A stretch of DNA of 64,000 bases, from assembly GCA_001949185.1 (NCBI GenBank), contig BDGG01000011.1, positions 1,169,005 through 1,233,004 of the forward strand, given 5' to 3'. The notes beneath the pieces were generated by a model. It had not been told where the DNA came from. It did no database searches and saw nothing but the letters and a program-made list of their open reading frames with translations. The stretch is from Ramazzottius varieornatus (Eukaryota > Animalia > Tardigrada). Of the stretch, positions 12,335 to 24,100 are shown in pieces; the stretch's first letter is position 1, and every line of letters starts with the position of its first letter. The translations under genes were made by a program, and so were the position numbers.

Positions 12335-13190
12335 ATGGCAGCGACTTACCTATCAGCCGGCGTGTTTGGTCCGAAAGATTCACCCGCTGTTTTCACCACG
12401 GATCCTATCACGGTCCAATTGATCGATGTTACAGTAATTGATACTGGCGATGGTGACCGAGCTGCGACTATGACCTTATGGGACGGTGTCCGTGAAGTTG
12501 GTTATAACTGAAACACCATCAGATCTTTCGGCGAATATGCCCTTATTCCAACTCTAGATAATCGAACTTCGAAAAGTTGACTTCAGCTCCGCAGAGCAAC
12601 ACCAGTATAGTGCAACCATTCCCTTACAAACTCAAGTCCGACAACACACAACCGTGGACACACCTCTGACGTTCTACACCTTTGAACCTTGAAAACTTTG
12701 CTCGACCACCCCAGTACACAACCACTCAGTAGGATTTCCAGCTGATCAGCTTCCATATTTCCAGACATCATTCTAGTCGTCCTTGAAGTCAGACGCACGC
12801 AGAAAGAAGTTACCATGTCTGTAGTCGATAACACCACTCAGCAGCAGTTCAACCTTAAAGTACAAACGTCATGGTACGTGTACGCCGGTATTCACACCGT
12901 ACCATGTTTCAAATTCTCTGTTCCAGGTCAACTCGATTTCCCCTGACATGTCTTCAAAGGTGTACATGTTTTTGCATGTCCTGGAATTGCAAGGAAACCT
13001 CCTCGAACTGCAACATCAACATAGCTTCTTTTTCGTCAGTACCAGCGAACAGTCACAAGCAATCCGGAAATACGGTGTCTCCCTCAACGTCCTTCCGCTG
13101 TGTGAGCTTTACCGAAGTTTGCCAACGCCAGGTACGACCAAGTTTTTCACCACGAAACCCAAGAACTAAACGGCACCTGTAGCTACAATT
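12335..13190 (+). pseudogene. Decayed spliced gene with OB-fold-like (RPA70/POT1-like) segments
   Basis: MAATYLSAG...PITVQLIDV...TG..RAATMTLWDG resembles the RPA70 N-terminal OB pattern; a later exon DIILVVLEV...MSVVDNT and segment KVYMFLHVLEL resemble OB strands; a frameshift is needed near 12940. Judged by eye only. Confidence 0.35.
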
Positions 13191-13637
13191 AGCTCGTCTG
13201 AGGAAACTCCGAGTCCCTCACCCTCCACTTCACCAGTCAGACCGACACCGACAAAAACACGACAGACCCTTCTTGACTCCAGCGACGAAGACCAGGCGAG
13301 CGAACAACCGCCCATCACCCCAAAGAATACTTCTCACGCCAAAAAAACAAGAAATCCATGACTTAGACCAGCCTTTGAGACCGAGAAACGAAACAAAACA
13401 GCGTACCATTCCAAGCTCCAAACGAGAAAGTGGAACTTTCCATCCCGAAGAACTTTTACATATGCCCTGTGACTTAGAACGTGTTTAGTATATTGTCCTT
13501 CACATTAACCTCTTCCTACCGATATGTTCTTCAAAAACCATTCCATATACCGTCCCTTAAATGCACGTAAACTTTCCAAAACTACCTCGCATCCCTGAAC
13601 TTAGATTGCGAGCCGAAAGCGAGCAGTGTCTTGTGCA

Positions 13638-15909
13638 CGGTGAAGGGAAAGTTTGGCGCAGTAAAAAGTTTGGATCGGACCGTTTCGCTAAGGCGGCACG
13701 GACAGGTGCTTTTTGCTGCATGTAGAAAATAGCATACGTACGTATGCTATTTAAGAAAATAGCTTACTGCCGTACGTACGTGATGGGTTTTGGAACGAGC
13801 GGCTAGAAGCGTGACGCTTTTACTGGCTTCTTTTGTCCGAACGAGCACACCTTAAACACATACATAAACGCGACTCCAGAAATGAAACCTCCAATCACGG
13901 TGAAAATCAGAAACCAAAATCGCCACCGCAAACATGGTATCTACTGCACTTTCTTCGACCTAACTCGTTTCTTTGGTGGAGCTGGTACGAGCGCACCCAG
14001 ATCGGCAGGCACCAGAAGGCAGGCGGAAGGTTCCACAGGTGGGTGCTCTTTCCTCTTGCGACTCTTTTCAGGCTTCGACTGCGGTTTAATGGATATCCGC
14101 ATCGGGAACGCTGGCAGCTGGCGAAGGTCCGTGAGCTGTCTCCGTTTGTTTCTTCCCTCCACGACTCTTCGGTGTAGTTCTACCCGGCTCCTTCAGCAAT
14201 TTCAGACGGTGCTTAATCACCTCCATATACTCACTGTTGAGCATATTTCTGCCTGCTTCGAGCGCTATCCGTGCATCTTTCGCTTTTCGCTTTTTTTCGG
14301 CTTAGAAAGAGAAACCTTGCCTGCTGCAAACAGAACCGTGTCCGCAACGCTCTTGTAACCCAACCGGATGAAAACCACTCTTTAATGACGCTTCGAACTC
14401 GAAAGAGAATATGCTGGCTCCTGGAGTGCACAGCTCTTCCAAATGTCCAGGAAAACTGTTCCGTGTTACCTGAGTGTTAAAATCAACGAACTAGAAAGCT
14501 TGATCTCAAGTTATTCTTACAAAAAAAAACTAGTCTTACTTCAAACTGCGGGTTGATAGGATGGAAAGACTTGTAAGCCGTCCATTTCGACTTCATGGTT
14601 CCAAATGGGCAGCTGTCTAACGGCTTGGATAGTTCGTGACGTGACTATAATGACCATCCATAAATACGACACACTGCAAAAGCCACCTATAAGTAGGAGA
14701 AAAATTGTGATGCACGGAGATATCAATAAGTTTATGAGCAGAGCGTAACGTACTTTGTCGGGAGAGTCAGGCAGCACTTCCTGCCGGAAGTAGTCCGTCA
14801 GCACCTTTTGATCCATTATGCCTGACCGATTGACTGCGACATAGAGCTTGTCCTTGGTATTATCGTTCATGCTGCCCAAAAGCATCACTCTGTCGAACAG
14901 GACTAAAGGCTTAAACAACAGGCCAGCCGCGTTTCCACAGGCCAGCCGCGTTTCCACAGGACAGCATGGTTACCTGATCTCCTGTCGAACCTTCTGTGTA
15001 TGAAACCACATGTTTGTTTCCTTTTTATGCATAGGCTCTTTCCCTTTCAAAACCGAGAATGAATCCAGATTCGTCCAGATTGATAATTCCTTCGGGACTC
15101 GAAAGATAGCTTTGCTCTTCCAGTTCGCTGAGGAACCTGATCCACGATTCCGCGCCTTCGATGGTCCAATCTCGTGCCTTCTACCTGTCAGCGTCCGAAG
15201 CTAGACGAAGGGAGATTTCTTTCTGCTCTTGGAGGAATCGTCGATGCCAGTCATCACTGAAAGCTATCCCGATACCTGTTAAAGATCAGCATTCACAATT
15301 AACGACGTACAACGTTGGAATGCGAAAGTTATTCTACCTTTCGCAATGCCCATTTCGTCCACGAAAATACGCAGCCGAATTTTGTTGAGAGGAAATCAAG
15401 TATTTCCGAATTTCTTTAGCTGATCAACCAGCAGTCTTTCCTCCGTAGCGTTCAGCTGTCTTCCCCGACCCATCCTACGTGCTTTCGTATCTTGCAGATG
15501 GCAGTAGATTGTGCGGGGAGGAACGTTGTAGAGACGAGCAGCTTCACGATGTGCAGTACCATTCTCGACAGCGGAAAGCGCTCTTTTCAGGTCTTCCTCG
15601 CTGTACCGTCGAGGCCTCTTGGTTTTAAACTGTTGAGACATACTCGAAAAGCTAGCCAAAATGGAAGTATGAACACCGGCTGATTTCTCGACACGAAAAC
15701 AAACGACAAACTTACGGGATCCATTCAAAAGACTAAAAAATAATACATTACACTGTACCAATGTTTACGGTAGTTTCCACTGCGGTTAAAATCTACTACG
15801 TTACGTCATACAGTTGATTTGTCTTTTGCTTGCATATAAAATCTAAATTTGCCGTCTTTTACAGTACGCCTGATCCAAACTTTTTACTGCGCCGAACTTT
15901 CCCTTCGCG
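13638..15909 (-). mobile_element. pogo/Tigger (CENP-B-related) DNA transposon, ~2.27 kb, defective
   Basis: TIRs gaagggaaagtttggcgcagtaaaaagtttggatc / gatccaaactttttactgcgccgaactttcccttc; TA at the right end; encodes transposase motifs. Confidence 0.9.
13900..15641 (-). pseudogene. pogo-type DDE transposase pseudogene with spliceosomal introns
   Basis: HTH_psq (RRYSEEDLKRALSAVENG..REAARLYNVPPRTI), second HTH (DDWHRRFL), IINLDESGF, TMLSCGNAAG, CVVFMDGHYSH; in-frame stops and a 19-bp tandem duplication at 14922-14959; GT-AG introns at ~15338-15277, ~14750-14675 and ~14520-14470. 3' limit approximate. Confidence 0.85.
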
Positions 15910-16785
15910 TAAGTATACAATATCCTAACTGCACCTTCATCATAACCACTTTAGTTAATGCAAAAGATGGTCAGTGCATGTCCGTAGCGAGTAAGCCTTC
16001 GAATTGTTTACACCTGTCACTCAATTCTGCAATGGCATAATAGTCCAACTGCGACTTCCAACTGCGACACTCGAAGTCCTACAGCCTACACGTGTTTTGT
16101 AAAAGAAATGCCCAGTAACTCTTAGTCCACTTCCTACTGCTTCTCTTACAGTTGACCATCGACTGCTTCCCTGAGTTTCTTGTTGAAAACTACTATTCAA
16201 CATGCAGAGTTTCAGGAGGCATAAAATAACGAAAGTCAGTAGATCCCGTTGGGCATTCCGCTTCGCCTCCTCACATTCTGCATTACAGAGTTACTGAGCA
16301 ACCTCATCAACCAAAGTATTCGCAAGAGCGATTATCTCGACCTTTTCAAGACGTTAGCCTTCCTACCAATACTACCCAATGTGCCTCAGCGCGACTCTTT
16401 CCAAAGTGGTGGAGAAAGTCGTCCAAAGCCAGCCGGCACATCAGCTGAAGGAGTTGTCTCCTCTCCCCGACACGAAGCGTCACTTGTAAAGGTGATGGAG
16501 AACAGAGGCAAACATTTGATAAGCAGCAACTAAGTACTAACTTAGACTGACAGGGCTAAAACTGGAGAGAGCTCGAGCTTACTACGCTTTTTCAGTGCCA
16601 TATGAAACTCAAAAAAGCCGGAAGATTGAAGAGACTGTGCACGTGGGAACTGTGGTAAACTGGAGGCAGTAAACAGTATGGAGTATAAAGTATGGAGTTT
16701 GCCCTTGGGGTCCGAAAACTTTATAATGCTCTGCTGAGCAATTTGGTCAGACATGCTTTGGACGCATTCTCGTATGGGGATACTC

Positions 16786-17207
16786 ATATTATGGGCCAGT
16801 AAAAATTACGGGCCGGGCGGAAAAGACGTCAAATTTACAGTTTGTATGGAAGTCAGAAACAGAAATCGGACAAACGACGTAACTCAGTAAAATTCAACCG
16901 TCGAAAATTGTCATGGACAGTGGCCATCAGCTGCTCACTGTTTTACTCTAACGCTACGACGCTGCTGTCGACTGTCTCCTGGAGAAGCCTTGGACTAGCT
17001 GGAACAGTTGAAGGTGTGCGTGTTCCGGTAAAATGGAGATCTAACTGCTATAATAATTATGACAAGCTTTAGCTCTTCGGCCCAGTATCCGGCACGTACG
17101 CACAGCAGTGCGGCCTTCGATGCTGGTTTTTACTTGTAGCAAGAACAACCTGCCCGTGCCGCCGTAGCGAAAAGGCCTGGCCCATAATTTTTACTGGCCC
17201 ATAATAT
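16786..17207. mobile_element. MITE-like element with 29-bp TIRs
   Basis: atattatgggccagtaaaaattacgggcc / ggcccataatttttactggcccataatat (1 mismatch). Confidence 0.75.
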
Positions 17208-17366
17208 CTCCTCGCTCGTGCACACCTTTAATCATCGTAATCTGCGTAATCCACACGATTGTAAAAAGCAATACAGAGATTGAGCTACCACTCCCGATCA
17301 CTGTCCGACTGTAGTAACGGCTTGCTCCGCCCCTTTTGCGACCTGTAACTACAATTTGCTTTCCGG

Positions 17367-17457
17367 AGCTCCCGTTATTTTCGGGAGATAGCGTAATCGG
17401 ATTTACGGTTAACTAGCATTGGGAAGCATGGTGGTTGCCCAAATATTCAAAGTTGTG
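17367..17457 (+). repeat. Dispersed ~90-bp repeat, copy 2 (copy 1 at 9569-9658)
   Basis: Direct similarity to 9569-9658, including ctagcattg..aagcatggtggttgcccaa. Confidence 0.75.
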
Positions 17458-18101
17458 ACTGATCGCCGCAGTAAACTGGTGGCCCATGTTTGCGTACCGG
17501 TCCATCGTTGGGCCAGGTTCGTGTACGAATTTATCTTAAAATGACTCGCAAAACTGTTCTTTTAGTTTGCTCGAATGATTTCACTTCACTCCCTCGGTAA
17601 GTAATATTAATAAGTAAGTCCATTTTAGGAAGTCCATACCTGTCACTCGTCGAGTTTGCAAAGTAGTACTAGTCCATCTGCGTATGGGAATCGCTATCTG
17701 GATGTAGTAGAAGGTCATAATGCCGTTGGTCTCGGTATATACAGTATTTGCAACTTTCGCTGCACTGCGCCTTTCCTCGTTCTTGTACCGTCAAAAATGA
17801 TATACAGCCGCAGAACCGTCGTACAGATTCCGTAAAGCGGGTTGTGAAAACAGACAGCTGTGAGCCGGAAGTCTATTGACGTTCTCGTTTCTTACTTCTC
17901 TGCCAAGAAACTTCTGGCGCTTTGGGTTTCTTATCTGCTTTGAAAGAGGAGACATACTCCTATCAAACCGTTGATTTCGGCATTTGACCCGCTATGCGTT
18001 CACCTTAATTTGTATCGTACCATGTTCTCCTTCTGACGGTTTGGCTAACCCGATGCCGTACGCGCGTATACTGCATCCTGCGCAAATGTGATACTCTCAA
18101 C

Positions 18102-21100
18102 ATGTCGTACCGTTCCAGCCGGCGTTCAGATTACGTGAGTCAACAAAACACTATAAGAATACACGTTGATGGCGTTTCACTTCCGCGTTCCTAATTTGTT
18201 CCTCGGCTTTCTCAGGGAATGAGAAGACTAGTTGTCTGTCTTATTTGCATATTCAAAATGACTAACCGTAGAGATTTCACGTGTCGATCCGTGATGAAAA
18301 CACGGACCTTCAACTGATACAAACCGTACTTTGTCTTACTGGGTAAAGTTTCGTGAATGTTCCCTTATTCTAAACTTTCATTACTCACTGTTTAGCTTGG
18401 CACCGGATCAAGTGGATCATCTGACTACCACTCACCATCATCCCTCTCCCGCCGCTATTCTGCCGTAAGTCCAACTTATTTGAATAACTTGGTGGTCCTA
18501 TCACTCAATAAACGCCTTCTGTTCAGCTGCACAACAGCAAGGGACAAACAGTGTGTCGAAGGGCCGAATGCCGCTGCTTATTGCCGCGGTCCCATTGAGC
18601 TTCTGTCTCAAAATAATATCAGCCAATTCAGTTCAAAATATCAGTTCAGTGTTAACGGAGAAAAATTGGAGCTTGGGCCAAATTGCATGGCTGTGATGTA
18701 ACATGCTAAATGTCATGGTAATGCACTCTTGGTATGTATGTGCGCTGTTTTTTTATCGAGAAAGGACAGAAAGCAACGCAGAGCTTGAATAAGCATATCT
18801 TCGGCCACATTGGAGAAACCTTGCAAATGGCAATAGGACGCAGCGTCGCACGGCGTAAAGTTATCAGATCGCGGCACAGCAACCTTTCCCCTACTTGAGG
18901 CCTATTTTTAGCTCCCTGCTCCGCGCGCAAATGCAAAGCAGACTGACGGAGAGAAAACTCCTCGAAGCTGCCGAATCATTCATACAGCGTCTTCGAGCCA
19001 TCAAAAAACTTTACTCTCGACGTGCGTTACTGAAGCGTGTCTCATCACCGAGTATTTTCGACAGCAGTGCACATTGCATAGCGTCAGGCTCGTTGATCAC
19101 ACTTGGCTCTTCTAACGGTTGCCTCATCAGATCGCAACGCTAACGACGTATTCTCTGGCAGGAATCGCCAAAATTCCCCGGCGTTAAGAGAAGGGAATCT
19201 ATTTGTACACAATATCGACTGTCTCCCGACCACAATCGATTGTTGCTGTTGATTGCTCGATTGAAGTCTAACGTCAATTTCTGGACTTTTCCAACAGGGA
19301 CGATCTTCCAGTCATCACTCGCCCTACCTTCCTCCCACGTTGGACTACACTTCCTCGCAGCGGCTAACGTCAAGCGGTTATCCACGAGCGCCATCATACG
19401 ATACCCACGCTGATCCTTCGCAGCGCAGAAGCAGCTACACTTCCACCAGCACTCTTGACAGTTTGACGCCGTCTCGTTATCGTAGCGCCAGCAACCATCG
19501 TAATTCCACCGACGTACTGTATCATAGTCCGCGCTCGGCGTATGGCGTAGGCAGTGGAAGTAATCTGGCTGTTTATGATGCCAATCGGCCTTCGACGTCA
19601 CGTGCCCAGTCGCGTCCCAGTCCCACTACAGACACAACAACCGTCAGCAGACACCATTCGCCGTCGCCCACAATGGACAGTCCGGACAGTACTAGTGGAC
19701 TATCAGCTCCCGTCAGAGACTCACCTTACCGCAGACTACGAAGTCGCGAGGACTCGGGTTCGGCAAAACCCTCCTCTGTTGTTTCTGATACGCTACAAGG
19801 AGACGCAATAAATTCGTCTGACCGCGATGTTCCCTCACAAGGTACGGCATACTACAGTACTTTACGTCCGTAGCGCCTTGGGATTATAGCGCATTTGTTT
19901 TGCCTAAAATCGCTTTTCTTAATTCTTTTCAATCACAGCATGACCATTCACCTATAGGATGTTTGCAGTATGAAAATCCGAGTTGCAAGCTCGAGACATA
20001 TTTTAAGTTAATGGTAACTGACGGTAATAAAAACATTCATGTGCTTGTAAAGCAAAGTTAAGCTCAAAGAGCGGCAGTTGTACCTTTCAGTGCCTATGAG
20101 TGGCTGGCCTGGTCCTGGGATTAATGATCAAGGCCAGTGTGTTTCCATCTCTACAGGTACCGAACAACGTTCTCAACAAACAGTGCCAGACGCGGGCTCT
20201 GCCAACAACCACTCCGTAAAGACCGATCGTAACACCGACGTTGACGAGAGCATATCCAAGGTTTCGCAGTGGCAGAAAAGCCTCGAGAGTGAACAACCCG
20301 AACAGCCGGTACCGACGCCCATCCCACCAGAGTTGCCCGCGCCTTCCATCAAAATCTCCACTGTCGAAGGCGACTCCGACAATGAGGAAGCTTTCTTCTC
20401 GACGAAAGATAACCTTGAAAATTCAACCAGGAAGTCGACTGGAGGTCCCATCAGTTTTCTCAAAGCTGACAAGGAAGAGGGCATTGATAGTCTGTCGTAC
20501 CGCACACCCGACGCCAGTGGTCGTACTTCGTCCTTGGCTGATGTCGATGATCAGAACCTGGAGACTGATGAGGAAGCCGGTGTGCTGCGCACACCTAGCC
20601 CGGTGGACGAGGTCGCCAAAGTGTCGGCTGGAAAGCCGCCGCTACCTAGACCACGCGGCCTATCTTTCCTGCCTCGAAGTGATAGTCGTGAGGACAGAAG
20701 TAACGGAAACACCAGCCCAAAAACAGCCAATCGGTAACCAATAATTTCAACAAAATTACATCTGGATTTTGCAGAATCTGTTCCGTAAAATATTTTAACC
20801 TGAAGTTTAAACCACCCCCCCCCCCCCCAGTACCTCAGAAATCATTCTCCGGACAAACTACACGATGAATACATTGAAAATAGGACGTGGGCAAATGAAC
20901 TACACCAGTTGTTTATTTGATGTTGCGAACATATTTAGTGTCATTAACTGGACGTGTGTGCCCCTTGGAAAAACGATGTGGAACAGACCATTTTCTCACG
21001 TTCCGAATACCGAGAATATCAACCGATTTCTAAATTTGCTGAAGACTATCGTAGGATGTAAGGGTGCACCGTTTGTGTCATGAATTATCAATACTTTTGC

Positions 21101-24100
21101 CCTGTAGGTACTCCTCGTTTCAAGATTTGCGCAACTTCGACGGCTTCAACGACGAGCCGGAACAGAAGCGTCGCATGTCCGATGCGGGTTACGAAAAGCG
21201 TCACATCAGTTTCCTACCGCGTGGGGAGGACGAAGAGCAGCAGACAACAGCAGCTGTCGCCGACACCAACAACAAAGTACGGACAGCAGCTGACTCGGAT
21301 CGGGATTCCATTGGGGAAAGTGTCAGATCCAAGCATCGGTCGTCGACCAGCGAAGAAGGTCGCGAGATGGACTTTGTGTCGGATAGTGGGTTACCCGATT
21401 CGGACTTTGGTGAAACAGTCCGCGGCTCGAGTTCCGAGGAAGAACTAGCCAGCACGCCCCCTTCGAATTACTTGAGCCAGAAACGACGAGGAAGTGAAGA
21501 CGAGTCGTCCAAGACCTTGTCGAAAGGCAAAAGCGACGAGGACACTGTCCACGAAGCGTCTGCCAAGGAGGAAGATGACGACGAGAACGAGACAATGATG
21601 AACTGGTCGCCCATCTTCGAACGGAAACCTTTACCCGCTCGGCGCTTTTCCAACGAAGGCTTGTTTGACGATGACGAAGCAGGGGCAAAACCAACGGGTT
21701 TCATCAGTTTCCTCAAACGATCAAACTCGTTGGGAGACACGAAAAACGAGGCTGAGAATGATCATGACAAAATTACTAGAAATGTGCAGAATTACAAGAA
21801 ACAGCGCCTGCGCACTTCCAGCTTTGACTTTTCGGCCTTCGACAACGAAGACACTGTGCCGGTAAAGGAAGAACCGGCTGATAATTCTAAAGACGATATC
21901 GAGATGGAAGACGTAGCCAAAAAGTCTGTAACATCGCCTATTGACACTCCGTTCTTCAGCTTTCTCAACTTTGGAAGAAAAGACACTGACAAGGAAATTG
22001 AGAAAATGGAAACTGACGACAACGATCGCGATGGTAGGTCGCAGACTAATCTTTCTAATTTTACCGTAAAAAGTGAAAACGTATGTTTTTATGCTGTATT
22101 TATCCGTAACGCACTCACTTTGATAGAAACGCAATCAGCTGCAGGGTTGAAGAAAGTACCTTCGGAGGATTTCTGGGCCGAAATCGGCAACGGTGACGTA
22201 GAGACGATCAAGCTGAAACGTCAAGAAAGCAACCAGTCGGTTGACTTCTGGAGTGAGATTCCCACTGGCGATGACCATGTCGTTCCAAAGAAACCCACAG
22301 CTGCAAAAGAGGAAGACGCACAGTCTCTCGACGTTTGGTCTGAACTGGGCAAAGGCCAGTCGAAGCCTCAGAGCACGCTTCAGGAGAAATCATCACCGGT
22401 CAGTGAAGAATCGCCAGATTTCTGGCGAGAAAGGAACACGGAAGAAAGTACCAGCACCGTCAAACGAGCAAAAATTGACGACAATGAATTCAACGGCTTC
22501 TGGGCAGATGTCGAAGCTGACAATGAAGCCAAGTCACCTGTCATCGAAGTGAAGGAGGAAGTGGAGGATATTTGGGCCGGCAGACCCAGTACGCCCCCTC
22601 CACGAAACCTCTCGCCATTTGCCGAGACCTCCAGCTCGCGTCAACCTGAGGTAGAGAAGCAAGACGATGTGGAGGATATTTGGGCTGATAGACCAAGTAC
22701 ACCCCCACCTCGTAGCGTTTCGCCATTCTTTGAAACGCTACAACAGAATCGGGAAGACGAAGAGAATAAGTCTCCGGTGCTCGATGTGCAAGAAGACGTG
22801 GAGGATATTTGGGCCGATAGACCGAGCACACCACCACCTCGTAACGTGTCGCCATATCTTGAAACTCTACAACAGAACCGGAAAGACGAGGAGCACAAGT
22901 CTCCGGCGGCCGACGCGCAAGAAGACGTGGAGGATATTTGGGCCGATAGGCCCAGTACACCTCCGCCACGGAGTATTTCGCCTTACCTGGATACCTCAAG
23001 GCGAAGTCAAGAGGAAGAACGAGCTTCCAGATCCCCATCGCCCTATCCAGGAGGGAAAGCTGCTCGACCCATGACGCTGCCATTGGGCGGATCCAGGCCG
23101 GGTAATAGTGAGGCACAGACGGACGAGTCAGCTTCGGAGTCGAAAGGTAAGTTACCGGTCCGTTCAACTAAAGAATAATATTGATAGTTTGAACGAAGTG
23201 GCGAGACGAATGCAATGCCGCGGATCATGATCTCAGGTAGCGCGCGTCAACATTGGGATTGCCTGAGAGAGTGCGCAACTAGTGTGAATGATCTGGATAA
23301 AAACGACCTAGGTGTCAATTTCTTCTGCCGAATTCAGCGGGATGTCGACTGGTGTGAGGGATAATCGACAAAGTCTGCTTGCAGGTTCGCCAACATTCGG
23401 ACACACGGACGCCAAGGAAGAATCGACACGCTCGCCGCCGACACCGACCATTCCAGTGCCCAAGCGTCGCCTCTCTTTGCTGCGCCAACGCAGTCAAGAT
23501 GACCAACTGGGCTCATCGGAGCAGCTCTCTCCGGCACCTCTCAGCTTTCTACCTCGAACCAACTCATCCGAGAAAGAGCTGGTGGACCTGGCCGACGTTC
23601 CATCCACACCCAAATCGCCGTCGCCAAAGAACATGGCTTCACTGCCACCGATCATGCGTCGCTCGCCTTCTCCCTCCCCGAAGCGCTCGCGCGGCTCGGT
23701 CGATAGCGGTACTACCACGCCACCACGTAGTCCAGGCAGCCGCGGAATCAAGTTTTTCCCAAGCGAAGCTGTCTACCCAAAGAAAGACTCACCGACGTCG
23801 CCACTCAGTCCCGAGCGATCGCCATCAGTCGAGCGCGCCCAACCCATCAGCTTCCTTCGCTCGGATTCCACAGAGGGAAATCCGTCAAGCCCACATCGCA
23901 GTCCTTACCGAAGACTACACTCTTCCTCTCCGAACGTTGAACCAGCAGCCGCCACCACACCATCAGTTGCCCCATTGAGCTTCCTAAAACCCGAAGATCG
24001 AGCTCCGGAAGAAAAACCAGCGGTGAAGCCATTGTCTTTTCTGCAACCGGAAACTAAAGCAGATCAACCAAGAATCCAAACTCACCAGTCAAAGAGCGAT

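Noticed and set aside
20815-20828. Poly-C tracts (14 C here; 20 C at 57817-57836) as G-quadruplex elements
   Set aside because: Simple homopolymers with no other supporting context; lengths may also be assembly-sensitive.
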